A stretch of 64,000 bases of DNA from an uncultured Poribacteria bacterium (GTDB lineage: Bacteria; Poribacteria; WGA-4E; WGA-3G), in NCBI GenBank assembly GCA_951813565.1, contig OX638351.1, positions 1,984,001 to 2,048,000 of the forward strand, in the 5' to 3' direction. Positions 41,201-50,918 of the stretch are shown piece after piece. Numbering within the stretch: position 1 is the first letter of the stretch; each line of letters starts with the position of its first letter. The translations under genes and the position numbers were made by a program. Below the pieces are notes generated by a model, which saw only the letters and a program-made list of their open reading frames with translations, had not been told where the DNA came from and did not search any database.

Positions 41201-44200
41201 GGTGCCCGGACGGTTCTTCATCAACCAGAAACGAAAATGCTGAACAAATACAAGACTGGGAACACGGGAGCCTTCTGGTAAAAATTTTGAGAGCGGGATG
41301 CTAAGGAACGTCCATCCGTTGCTATTTTTACCTTTAACCCATTCGTTCGGAATGTCATTAAGTGGGATAGCGACCTGAAAATATGCATCAACACTATCAA
41401 GTACACCGTCACCATTCAAATCCTCGCTATCCAAAATTTGATTGTTTGCACCAAAAGACTCAGGTTGAAATGGACCGTCATAACGCCATCCAACGTCTTC
41501 CCCAATATCCGATCTGCCGTTGCCAAAGTGCCGCTGTGCATCCGACAGGTTTTCAAGGTCAAGATCAAGGGCATCAACAACACCGTCGCCGGTTGTATCG
41601 TCTAACGTTTGTGGCAGGTCTTCACTATCAAGACGCCCATCAGCATCCGAATCTTCATTCACAGCACCGAGATTGAGATAGAGTGTCACATCATCATCTC
41701 CTTCCACGCGCATCCACATCTCCACAAAACCGCGTTCGGAATAATCAACGCCAGATTTTGATATGCCATTTGAGAAACCTCCCCATTCTTCAACCACATC
41801 TGTGAAATCGTATCCAACTTCCATAATCAACCGTTCTTCTGTTGAGAGAGAAAGCGGTTGAATTGATGATGCAGGCACATCCCGATTTCGCATGTAGTTG
41901 CCAACGGCTTCTGCTTCTTCTCTATCTTTCAGTACGACGTTAAAAAGTGCTCTATTCTCTTGTGTCGGTAACACACTATAATCGTGTGTCGGTAAACCTG
42001 CCTGTACCGATTCTTGGACGGACGGCACACTACTCGGCTTCCAGTTAAATTTTATGGTAGGTATTGTGGTGGTTTCCTTTACACCTTCCATGCTATCAAT
42101 CAGAGCAACGCCAACGCTATTTGGGTTGTTATGTGAATAAGCAGACTCTCCACTAAAGTCAATAGAGAGCGGAAAATTCTGGATATTGACAAAAGGCAGC
42201 GGGTTTAGTAACCACGCCATGTTGAATTCCCTACCAAAACTTGTGTTGATATTAAATGCTTGCAAGCGGTTGGGAACTTCATTGACATTCGGTATTTGGG
42301 CAGGTTTCTGCCCAGTCGTTAAGATATATCCTGTTGATACGGTAAATCCTTTTTGGTAAACCGGATTGAAATAATTCATGCCGGTCCCGTATCCTCCAAA
42401 ATAACTGGGTCCGATTCGCGAACGTCCCCCAAAACTTCCAAAACTACTATAGCCACCCGCACCAAAACCGCCGCCAAAGGTGCTATGACCTAAACCGACA
42501 TTGCCAAATCCCCTACCCGAACGTGTCCCAGAAGAAGGAAAGCCACTTGAAAATGGGTCATTCGTGAGATTATTATCCAAACCTGTTTGCATTGTTTGCA
42601 TTCCACCCAGACGATTGAACCTATCCTCAAGATTCTGTTCTCTCTCAGATTTCGGTTTCGGTTTATGTGTATAATCTAACCATACACCTACAACTGCTTG
42701 CTGTGAACCCGCGCCGAATGGGGTTTTTTCAAATTCCACTACGATTTCATCGAATTCATCAAGTTCTGTGAAAAATCGAATGGTACCAACCTCGTAGACC
42801 ATCAAGTAATCCGTATCTCGCGTTAGAACTCTCCCGTTTAGTCGCACAGTCTCACTATTTGGAATCACAAACAATCCGACATTATAGGTCTCAGATTGAT
42901 AAGAATAATCAGCAACAATTGTGTATATCTGGTCAGTACTACGGAGGGATTCAAGATAAATGGCTTCGTTGTTGAGTAAATCTCGGTGTTGATAATAAGG
43001 ATGTTGTGGATCGCTGATTTTAAAGGGTTGCAAGCTTGGGAAACGTAGTAATCCTCTGTCGTAATCTATGAACTCCGAATCAACGATTCCATCACCGTTC
43101 TGGTCCAATCCAAATATCTCAATATATGGGACAAGTCCTGCGTCAGTTTGGAATGTTTCACTTTCTCCTTGGCGGATAATTGTCAGCTGAAAATCTCGAG
43201 GGTTGATGTTTCGGTTCCCGAGGCTGTAAACATGAGATGCAGCATTTCCGCGAAAACCTTTCTCTTTTATAACAACATAACCAATCTCTTCACCCTCTTC
43301 ATCAATAGAACCGTCTCCGTTCTCATCAGCAAAAACGTTTCCAGGATTGCCGACACTACCACCACCATCGCCCAAATATTCGTAAGCGACAACGATAGTA
43401 TAACTGGAGGAGATCGGAGATAAAAACTCAATCTCGCCCGTTTCATAGTCAATGTTGTAGTCCTGCCCGGGAAACTGCGGATTGAAGTAGCCTTGACTCG
43501 TTCGTTTGCCACCTTGGTTATTGCCCACGACGCTATCGTCAATATAGATTTCCACACTCCCCTGTTTTATGGGAAGATATGCCTCGTGCAGCAGACCGTC
43601 TTCCCCTTGGTGAATTAAATAGTATCTGTTTTTAATATAATTGGCATCCGCAATCTGAATGCCGCGCGGTCCGTAACCGAAACTTGCTCTTCGCGACTGT
43701 CCACGGAACGTCCGCACTTCACGGACACCTTTGCTTCGCGATCCGAAAAGGGTCATACGGGTGTTTTTATATTCAAACACTCCTTCCAGTCCAAAAAGGT
43801 TTCGGTTGATATTTAGGAAACGGGTGTTCGGCAGGCTAAGCGTAATGTCACCGAAAGATATAGTTTTGATGAAATCTTCGGGTTTGCCTTCATACCAGAT
43901 TTTAATCTTCTGTTCTTTCGCACCACCGAGTCCATACCCACCGTAGCTGCTACCTCCATATCCACCATACCTGCCACCATACGAATCACCTGCATTGTAA
44001 TCCACGGCAATATGTGTTCGTTCGCCTACACGACCGTGCAATCCAATATTTTGGTGTTGCCGTATATTAATGCCAGTAGCACGCGGAACACCACCTCTGC
44101 CGTAACTACTGTAACCCCCATAACTACTGTAGCCACCCCCATAACTTGAACCAAAACTGTCGTATCCACCACCGCCAAATCCGCTGCTGTAGCCAAAATC

Positions 44201-44788
44201 TTCATAACCGTAGGAGGAGGAAAGTCCAAGGTCAAGCCCAGAACCGTAGTCCCCATAACTTCCGTAACTATAGCCGCCGTAGCGATTCAAATCGCCTTCT
44301 CCGAAATAGTGGGTTTTGTTGACTTCAATTGTCACTGATTGATCAATTTTTACTTGTAGGTTAGAATCCATAGGAAGATCAATGCCTTTGGTATCGGATG
44401 TTTTACGTGGTTTCCAATCGTAAAGTTCGGAGAGGTCACCGAGATCTGGCGGATATTTCCAACGGCGTAGTGTCTCTAAGTATGGAATCAGTATCTGACG
44501 ACGCACAGGTATATCTGAATCTATATCTTCCGTCGTTGATGGGTCGTCTGTTGTTTTCGTTTTAGATTCGCTCTGATCCCATGTATTTTTTTCTTTTTTA
44601 GGCTTCTTGCTAAATGGATTCTCAACTGGAGGTGGAGAGGTGATTTCCTCTTGAGGAGGTGGAGTGGTTTCGTCTTTTTCCGCAGTTAAGGCAGGTTTTA
44701 TAAAAACAAGAAAACAGAGGGCGAGCGTAAACAGTGATATATATCTATTTGCAGGCTGTGGCTTCAAAAGAATGTGCTCCATCATCAA
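38285..44788 (-). CDS. sprA: SprA/Sov-like giant outer membrane beta-barrel (T9SS translocon-like)
   Basis: 2167 aa with signal peptide; DYNIDYETG, IDYDRGLLRFP, PNSETVRLNGRVL..DTDY, ALIDSMEG, LNLGAVNED, VWVNEIHL motifs; amphipathic beta-strand C-terminus. Confidence 0.75.
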   Translation of the reverse strand: MMMEHILLKPQPANRYISLFTLALCFLVFIKPALTAEKDETTPPPQEEITSPPPVENPFSKKPKKEKNTWDQSESKTKTTDDPSTTEDIDSDIPVRRQILIPYLETLRRWKYPPDLGDLSELYDWKPRKTSDTKGIDLPMDSNLQVKIDQSVTIEVNKTHYFGEGDLNRYGGYSYGSYGDYGSGLDLGLSSSYGYEDFGYSSGFGGGGYDSFGSSYGGGYSSYGGYSSYGRGGVPRATGINIRQHQNIGLHGRVGERTHIAVDYNAGDSYGGRYGGYGGSSYGGYGLGGAKEQKIKIWYEGKPEDFIKTISFGDITLSLPNTRFLNINRNLFGLEGVFEYKNTRMTLFGSRSKGVREVRTFRGQSRRASFGYGPRGIQIADANYIKNRYYLIHQGEDGLLHEAYLPIKQGSVEIYIDDSVVGNNQGGKRTSQGYFNPQFPGQDYNIDYETGEIEFLSPISSSYTIVVAYEYLGDGGGSVGNPGNVFADENGDGSIDEEGEEIGYVVIKEKGFRGNAASHVYSLGNRNINPRDFQLTIIRQGESETFQTDAGLVPYIEIFGLDQNGDGIVDSEFIDYDRGLLRFPSLQPFKISDPQHPYYQHRDLLNNEAIYLESLRSTDQIYTIVADYSYQSETYNVGLFVIPNSETVRLNGRVLTRDTDYLMVYEVGTIRFFTELDEFDEIVVEFEKTPFGAGSQQAVVGVWLDYTHKPKPKSEREQNLEDRFNRLGGMQTMQTGLDNNLTNDPFSSGFPSSGTRSGRGFGNVGLGHSTFGGGFGAGGYSSFGSFGGRSRIGPSYFGGYGTGMNYFNPVYQKGFTVSTGYILTTGQKPAQIPNVNEVPNRLQAFNINTSFGREFNMAWLLNPLPFVNIQNFPLSIDFSGESAYSHNNPNSVGVALIDSMEGVKETTTIPTIKFNWKPSSVPSVQESVQAGLPTHDYSVLPTQENRALFNVVLKDREEAEAVGNYMRNRDVPASSIQPLSLSTEERLIMEVGYDFTDVVEEWGGFSNGISKSGVDYSERGFVEMWMRVEGDDDVTLYLNLGAVNEDSDADGRLDSEDLPQTLDDTTGDGVVDALDLDLENLSDAQRHFGNGRSDIGEDVGWRYDGPFQPESFGANNQILDSEDLNGDGVLDSVDAYFQVAIPLNDIPNEWVKGKNSNGWTFLSIPLSKFLPEGSRVPSLVFVQHFRFWLMKNRPGTVKGTFQWASIEIVGNKWEQGVVTQSFTDTTTGLSDQKVVEDTLEKFIVGAKDNFSYDDYQSAYLEIEDNELFRKLHPFTATSLAFQTQQQREQTLSLEYYLYPNSYGITSKQLKGFTQSEGQDFSRHDTLRLWLYGDKSYTTFVLQLAPSVRTGYRSSFYSSDPFLNQPQEEDVNIFENLTDYYEYTVPIDFEGWKLIEIDLRDHSRNEYPDLIENPSDNTDTPDQQGQPSPVQNAPDGHPDGFTVRGTGSGVSRTQLSIKNIGGILLGIRNDTEREISGEVWVNEIHLGDPLVRSGWARRGNMSVSLGNIIRLRGGYASQDKDFESGAGEIGRQRLSSRGYSTTNNDYNIDAEVTLFSWLPIRYSIREQESETEALRGSYTSFQSGKSETLNRDVSVQFNRNPFPNLGFAYNYQDFWNERRGTQISHLYTGNFRYNIGSKLGFNVQYRHEDILAKPETATDTTATSTSYYSYGYGRNRDEKTDSGSITLDISPINAFSLNPSYDIRRTLERRDPNRYTTSYFAGGVTEPDSSVEEDPDEDTVPDFSIAEREHRLSLTPRLNRDLLGLRPTVTSRVGFRENWFNVKKDASLNGNINLGLNLRIQKWFGWLLNKEKPETGGINGNQDGTIEQSGKQTPIEQNLEKLRENGIDETQIQKLVEDQNDWINRDKAEMVQKQRPSPTAQGSLATQQPKQEGLLLRILNTFTINTSANYSTTESFRQLESGQSLIEIWELDQEADERTNSRKSNRYTVRTSVDPWKWLSFGTNLSTSDSFRKSYGSTYTSHAETYEADVKLNAQQASSFQLRYSYTIRKNANLEVTLSDSTAHTPSLSWMQKWSDETRTSLGIRTTLRDHLRSGIQSDAFIITPNFSIDYRYRTEGGIRLPLIGRIQLEHDIDLTNTFSLAIRRENYGANKEERSERYETTLRAGYKLSDHLTANLHLGLSYNHDRVEEGRDYLSVASALTVRGEFE

Positions 44789-45612
44789 TGTTTAATACTA
44801 TGTGATAGTATTATAACGGAAATGCAAATGCCAGGTTTACGTTATATGGTATGTCAGTGCATAATTTATGAAAAAAGTGCAAATTTGTAATGGTTCATTT
44901 CATAAGGTGTAAAAGTTCTGGTATTAACCATATCATCTTTCTTGTGGGAGGGAGACCTTGTCCGCCCGATTTTAGTTTAAATTAGTAACAATCTGTTTGT
45001 AGTCGCGCAATTCATTGCGTCTCTTTTTAGCACCTTTTGAGGTGTTGTTTCACACTTCATGTATTATAACCCAAGTTGCTACCTATATCGCGAATGCTCT
45101 TGTAGGAGGGGTTTCTAACCCCGATTTAGAAAAGAAAGCATAAGAATTAGCTGGAAATCCTTGTTTTTCAGTAAAAAGCAATGTCTGCAAGCTTGAAATC
45201 TTGTCCGTAGCAACTTAGGTTATTATAGTAAAAACCATAATTATTTACACACTACAAATCAACGCCAAATGCGCATAAGGCATTTAGCGGGTTCGGTATG
45301 TGATCAATCCCTCATAGCACTCCGCTGGCGTGCAAGAACTTCGGGACATGTTTCTATAAACATAGCACTCCGCTGGAGTGCAAGAACACATTTGTTATTG
45401 AATGTAATAGACGTGAAATATCGTTCCGTTTCCTTTAATATTTAATATTAATGTCGAACTTACTTTCATTAGGAAAGTTTGCCCGATTTGAACGTCAAAA
45501 CTCATCAGGTAAGCGGAGCGAAACACAACGGACGATACTATTATAAAGAATTAACGCATGTGATAAAATGCGTCAAAAATATAGAAAACTAAATAACCCT
45601 GGTATAGAGGCA

Positions 45613-45954
45613 GGGTGTGTAAAGTTTTTGTAGAAATCCGCACAACTCCTATTGTAGGGGCGGGTCTCCGGGGAATGCCTTTTGGCATTCCCCGGGACCC
45701 CGCCCATAGGCGTCAATTTAAGCACACAATCACCAGATTGCCTCTTGTGGGAGGGCTTTATAAGCCCGATTTATATGTATTTATCGGGGTTGAAAACCCC
45801 TCCCACAAGAGGGTATATCCTTAAATTGACGGCTATGGGGCACCAAATCAACGGTATGAATGCCTTTTGGCATTCCCCGGGACCCCGCTCTACAGTGGAA
45901 AATGCCGCGTAATCATTGCAAATTGAACCTATGTAACCAAATATTTACACACCC
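45613..45954. mobile_element. GGGTGTGTAAA-family MITE with nested CATAGG MITE (45705..45837)
   Basis: TIRs; perfect 9-bp TSD ATAGAGGCA. Confidence 0.9.
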
Positions 45955-46029
45955 ATAGAGGCAGATTTTGTTGCCAGATTTGCAAAAATATGGTATACTT
46001 TCTTTAATTTACCGACAGAGAGGAGAATT

Positions 46030-46806
46030 GTGATGGAAATTGTAGCACTTGGGAAGACAGGTTTAGATGTTTCGCGGCTCTCAATCGGCACTGGGTCAAA
46101 CGGTTGGAATGGTCGTTCAAATCAAACAGATTTAGGATTTGAAGGTTTACGTGATTTACTTTTGTTTGCACACGAAAATGGCATTACGTTTTGGGATTCT
46201 GCCGACCAGTATGGTAGCCATCCACATATCAAAGAGACCCTAAAACATGTGCCTCGGAGTAGTGTCACTATTACGACAAAAACGGTTTCTCGCACACGCG
46301 AAACTGTTGAAGCAGATGTGAAGCGGTTTCTCAAAGAAATCGATTCTGACTATGTGGATATTGTGTTGCTGCACTGTCTCACACAAGTAGACTGGCCAAG
46401 TCGTTATCCAGATGCGATGGAAGCACTTGCGCGCTGTAAAGAGCAAGGGTTAATTCGCGCACACGGCGTCTCTTGCCATGACTTCGGTGCATTCCAAACA
46501 TCCGCTATGACAGAATGGGTTGAGGTCGTGTTGGCACGCATTAATCATGCGGGTGTTTCAATGGATGCATCTCCCGCGGACGTTATCCGAACGATGGAGC
46601 AGATGGCGTTTGTTGGGAAAGGCATTTACGGCATGAAAGTTTTAGGCATGGGTAAGTTGGCAAAAGACGCAGATGATCAGCGTGAGTCCATCGAATTTGT
46701 AATGGGACTGCCATGTGTTCATGCAATGACTATTGGTATGACTTCTCGTGCTGAAGTAGAAGCAAACGTAGCCGTTGTAAATGAATTATCGGAGAAAGGT
46801 GTATAA
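46030..46806 (+). CDS. Aldo/keto reductase
   Basis: LGKTGLDVSRLSIG, FWDSADQYG, DYVDIVLLH, IRAHGVSCH. Confidence 0.92.
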   Translation: MMEIVALGKTGLDVSRLSIGTGSNGWNGRSNQTDLGFEGLRDLLLFAHENGITFWDSADQYGSHPHIKETLKHVPRSSVTITTKTVSRTRETVEADVKRFLKEIDSDYVDIVLLHCLTQVDWPSRYPDAMEALARCKEQGLIRAHGVSCHDFGAFQTSAMTEWVEVVLARINHAGVSMDASPADVIRTMEQMAFVGKGIYGMKVLGMGKLAKDADDQRESIEFVMGLPCVHAMTIGMTSRAEVEANVAVVNELSEKGV

Positions 46807-46878
46807 CAGGTTATTATTTTTTGTAGCGCGAGATGACCTGCCTTAGATTTCAAGGTCAGGAACTCGCGCTATTTATCT

Positions 46879-47066
46879 GAGGGGTGTGTATAATTATTTA
46901 GTGTATCAACATAGACAGTGACACACTTCAAGTACGGTTTCATTCGTAGAGATGCTGTTGTAGTCGCGCAATTCATTGCGCCTCTTTGAATTTGGTTACG
47001 GCACGCGGAGCGTGCCTACTACCTTTAAGCATAAATTTGACATTCAATTATTTATGCACACCCCTC
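46879..47066. mobile_element. MITE with GAGGGGTGTG/CACACCCCTC ends
   Basis: TIRs; 8-bp TSD ATTTATCT; REP cargo. Confidence 0.85.
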
Positions 47067-47103
47067 ATTTATCTTAGCAGGCAGCTAAAACGAAAGTGAA
47101 TCC

Positions 47104-48549
47104 ATGGAAAAATACGAAATAGTTATCGGTTTGGAAATCCACGCAGAATTATGCACAGAAAGTAAATTATTCTGTAACTGTGCTTATACCTTTGGCGCAT
47201 CGGCAAATGACTGCACATGTCCAATCTGTTTAGGAATGCCGGGAACTTTGCCGGTTATCAACCGACGCGCGTTGGAGTTCGCTGTTCGCGCGGGTTTGGC
47301 AATGAATTGTGAAATTACAACATATAGCAAGTTCGATCGGAAAAACTATTTCTATCCTGACCTCCCGAAAAATTATCAGATTTCACAGTACGACCTTCCA
47401 TTATGTAACAATGGACAGGTAACCTTTGAATTTGATGGACAATCCAAGACCGTTGCACTCCGCCGAATTCATCTTGAGGAGGATGCTGGAAAATCTATTC
47501 ATGCCGAAGTTACAGGCGACCCTACCCGAAGTTTTATGGATTTCAACCGTGCAGGTGTGCCTCTCATGGAGATTGTAAGCGAACCAGAAATCCATTCTCC
47601 TGAAGAAGCGATTGCCTATTGCCGCGCAGTTAAAGAGATTTTAGAATATATTGAGGTGAGTGATTGTAATATGGAGGAGGGGAGTCTTCGATGTGAACCG
47701 AATATTTCCTTGCGTCCACGAGGCAGTCAAGAATTGGGAACGCGCACTGAAATTAAAAACAAAAACTCGTTTCAAGAACTGCTTGATGCAATGGATTATG
47801 AAGTGAAACGGCAAGCACGTATCCTTGATGCAGGTGGTGAGGTGGTTCAAGAAACTTTGTTGTTTGATGCAAATACCGGCAAAACAGTAGCAATGCGCGG
47901 AAAGGAAGAAGCGGACGACTATCGCTATTTCCCTGAACCCGATCTTGTTCACGTTCGGATAGATGATGAATGGGTTGATGAAATTCAGCCAACGCTCCCG
48001 GAACTTCCCGCTGCTCGCCGCAAAAGGTTTATTGATAACTACGACATCTCCCTCGAAAACGCTGAATTCCTCACCACAACACGACAAATAGCAGATTTCT
48101 TTGATGAGGCAGCGCAACTCAGCGGCGAACCTACGACCTGTGCAAACTGGATTATGGGAGACCTTACTCGTCTGTTGAACACTGCGGAAATTGAGCTCCA
48201 AAACTCAAAGATTACACCAGCACATCTCAGTGAACTCATTCAATTGATAGGTGACAATACCATCAGTGGCAAGATTGCCAAATCTGTGTTAGATGACGCT
48301 TTTGAAACTGGCAAAATGCCGAAACAGATTGTTGAGGAAAAAGGATTGTCCCAAATTACTGACACCTCCGAGATTGAGGCAATTGTCCAACAGGTCATTG
48401 ATGAGCATCCTGGTCCTGCGCAGGATTATCGTGATGGCACGAAGAAAGCTATTGGATTTCTTGTCGGTCAAGTGATGAAAGCAACTCGTGGTAAGGCGAA
48501 TCCGCAGCTTGTAAATCAGATTTTGACACGAGAACTGTCCACAGATTAA
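47104..48549 (+). CDS. gatB: Asp/Glu-tRNA amidotransferase subunit B
   Basis: VIGLEIHAEL, FDRKNYFYPDLPKNYQISQ, HLEEDAGK, DYRYFPEPDL, GQVMKATRGKANP. Confidence 0.98.
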   Translation: MEKYEIVIGLEIHAELCTESKLFCNCAYTFGASANDCTCPICLGMPGTLPVINRRALEFAVRAGLAMNCEITTYSKFDRKNYFYPDLPKNYQISQYDLPLCNNGQVTFEFDGQSKTVALRRIHLEEDAGKSIHAEVTGDPTRSFMDFNRAGVPLMEIVSEPEIHSPEEAIAYCRAVKEILEYIEVSDCNMEEGSLRCEPNISLRPRGSQELGTRTEIKNKNSFQELLDAMDYEVKRQARILDAGGEVVQETLLFDANTGKTVAMRGKEEADDYRYFPEPDLVHVRIDDEWVDEIQPTLPELPAARRKRFIDNYDISLENAEFLTTTRQIADFFDEAAQLSGEPTTCANWIMGDLTRLLNTAEIELQNSKITPAHLSELIQLIGDNTISGKIAKSVLDDAFETGKMPKQIVEEKGLSQITDTSEIEAIVQQVIDEHPGPAQDYRDGTKKAIGFLVGQVMKATRGKANPQLVNQILTRELSTD

Positions 48550-48564
48550 CGGGAACCTGTAGAA

Positions 48565-49818
48565 ATGCATACGGTAAACCCGAAATATCAAGATAAATCA
48601 TGGGACTTCAGGACGGCAGATACCAAAGAATATACCCACTGCTTCCACACTTACCCAGCAATGATGATTCCGCAAATCGCAAGAAAACTGCTAAATCAAT
48701 ATGGTATGGAAGGTGAATGGCTCTTTGATCCGTATTGTGGCACTGGCACTTCTCTGGTTGAGGCATCTCTATTCGGCATGCACAGCGTTGGGTGTGACAT
48801 CAATCCGCTTGTGCGCCTGATAGCCACCACTAAATTGATGTTTATTCCTTTGGATATTCTCGACAGTGAATTAAAAAAGCTAGACAAAGTTCTCTTTCAA
48901 GTTGAATTCGGAACTGATAAAGTACCTGACGCGCCGATTCCGAAAATTCCGAATTTGGATTACTGGTTTTCTGAAGAGATTATCAAATCTATCGCTTACC
49001 TATTAGATTGTATTAACAAAGTAGAGGATCAAGCAGTTAGGAATTTCCTTACGGTAGCATTTTCAGAAACGGTGCGCGAGGTTTCCTATACTCGCACGAG
49101 TACATTTAAACTGCATCGGATACCAGCAGAAAAACTTGAAAACTTTAACCCTGATATCTTTGGGACCTTTCGCAAAAAACTGAACAGGAACAGACAAGGT
49201 TTGGCAGCATATCTTGAAAAACGTAAAGATGTGGAAGCATCAATTTGTGATGCCAATACTGTTAATGGTGAACTACCAATGCCCTGCCCACTTGGAGGCT
49301 ATAATTTGGTTATTACCTCTCCACCGTATGGCGATTCACACACGACGGTTGCTTATGGGCAATTTTCTCGACTATCTGCAGAATGGCTCGGTTTGCCAAA
49401 TGCACGGAAAATTGACAGACTTGCAATGGGCGGACAAAATTCCCGTGAGACGTTAGCGGGGACGCCTGTTTCGTCTGCCATTAAAAAAATCAGTTCAATT
49501 GATGAAAAACGCGCCCGCGAGGTTTCCGCTTTTTATATTGACTTAGAACATAGCATCAGTTCAGCAGTAAAGACCCTTTCACAACGTTCTACAATTTGCT
49601 ATGTTGTCGGGAATCGTCGGGTTAAAGATGTTACCCTGCCAACAGACGAATTTGTTGTCTTTGCCTTTGGCAAACACGGGTTCTCACATAAAGAAACCAT
49701 TGTTAGGAACATTCCGAATAAACGAATGCCTCTCAAAAACAGTCCATCCAACGTTGCAGGGCAAACCTCTACAACAATGCACGAAGAAAATATCGTTATT
49801 TGCCAGAGAACGGATTGA
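48565..49818 (+). CDS. DNA methyltransferase, probably N4-cytosine, alpha class
   Basis: HCFHTYPAMMIPQIA; motif I DPYCGTGT precedes motif IV TSPPY; no adjacent endonuclease. Confidence 0.88.
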   Translation: MHTVNPKYQDKSWDFRTADTKEYTHCFHTYPAMMIPQIARKLLNQYGMEGEWLFDPYCGTGTSLVEASLFGMHSVGCDINPLVRLIATTKLMFIPLDILDSELKKLDKVLFQVEFGTDKVPDAPIPKIPNLDYWFSEEIIKSIAYLLDCINKVEDQAVRNFLTVAFSETVREVSYTRTSTFKLHRIPAEKLENFNPDIFGTFRKKLNRNRQGLAAYLEKRKDVEASICDANTVNGELPMPCPLGGYNLVITSPPYGDSHTTVAYGQFSRLSAEWLGLPNARKIDRLAMGGQNSRETLAGTPVSSAIKKISSIDEKRAREVSAFYIDLEHSISSAVKTLSQRSTICYVVGNRRVKDVTLPTDEFVVFAFGKHGFSHKETIVRNIPNKRMPLKNSPSNVAGQTSTTMHEENIVICQRTD

Positions 49819-49820
49819 AC

Positions 49821-50918
49821 ATGTCCGTAGGTCAGATTATCCTCTCTTGTGTAACAAAGAAGTTCGGTGACACAGTTGCTGTTGACGATGTGTCGTTACA
49901 GATAGAGGGTGGTGAATTTTTCTCCTTACTCGGACCGAGCGGGTGTGGAAAGACAACAACTTTACGGATTGTCGGCGGGTTCGTATATCCCACCGCAGGC
50001 GAGGTTTTTATCAATGGCGAACTGATGTTAGAAACACCTCCCTATCGCCGTCCCGTCAATACTGTCTTTCAAAATTACGCACTATTCCCTCACAAAACCG
50101 TCGCACAAAATATCGCATTTGGATTGCAGATGAAGAAACTTCCAAAAACGGAAATTTCAGATGCAATTGAACGTTCACTTGATTTAATTCAGTTGCCTAA
50201 CTATGGTGAGCGAAAACCTAATGAACTCTCCGGTGGTGAGAGGCAGCGCGTGGCGCTTGCACGTGCGTTAGTCAATGAACCAACAATCCTGCTGTTAGAT
50301 GAACCGCTATCCGCACTGGACCTGAAACTCCGCAAACAGATGCAATTAGAACTAAAAGCGTTGCAACGCAAAGTCGGAATTACGTTTGTATACGTCACGC
50401 ATGATCAGGGTGAGGCGATGACCTTATCGGACCGTATTGCGGTGATGAACGAAGGGAAAATCCTTCAGGTAGGGACACCATCTGAAATCTACGACTCACC
50501 GCAGAATCGTTTTGTGGCAGATTTTATCGGGACTTCAAACTTTTTTGATGGAACACTCATCAGCACTGATGGTGGATTTGGAGAGGTTGTGTCAAATACC
50601 GATCCATCCTTTAAATTCGTTTGTCTGCACCACGAAGATGTCCTGATAGACACACCTGTGACCGTAGCAGTTCGTCCGGAACGGATAAAAATATTAGCGG
50701 AATTAAATCCAGATTTACCAAATTGTCTACGCGGTGTGATTGAAGATGAAAGTTATCTTGGCACAACAGTGCAATACACGGTGCAAACCGATTACCCGAC
50801 ACCTCTCATCATTCACCAACAAAACACAAGTGTAAAAGAAGGACATCGCTTTAAGCAAGGAGATACGGTTTACCTACAATGGACAGCAGAAAGCGCTATT
50901 GTTTTAAGAGCCGATTAA
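49821..50918 (+). CDS. potA: Spermidine/putrescine ABC transporter ATP-binding protein
   Basis: GPSGCGKTT, RPVNTVFQNYALFPH, LSGGERQRVALARAL, LLLDEPLSALD, C-terminal TOBE-like domain. Confidence 0.88.
   Translation: MSVGQIILSCVTKKFGDTVAVDDVSLQIEGGEFFSLLGPSGCGKTTTLRIVGGFVYPTAGEVFINGELMLETPPYRRPVNTVFQNYALFPHKTVAQNIAFGLQMKKLPKTEISDAIERSLDLIQLPNYGERKPNELSGGERQRVALARALVNEPTILLLDEPLSALDLKLRKQMQLELKALQRKVGITFVYVTHDQGEAMTLSDRIAVMNEGKILQVGTPSEIYDSPQNRFVADFIGTSNFFDGTLISTDGGFGEVVSNTDPSFKFVCLHHEDVLIDTPVTVAVRPERIKILAELNPDLPNCLRGVIEDESYLGTTVQYTVQTDYPTPLIIHQQNTSVKEGHRFKQGDTVYLQWTAESAIVLRAD

Noticed and set aside
48565..49818. Complete type II restriction-modification system
   Set aside because: No endonuclease ORF or room for one next to the methylase.
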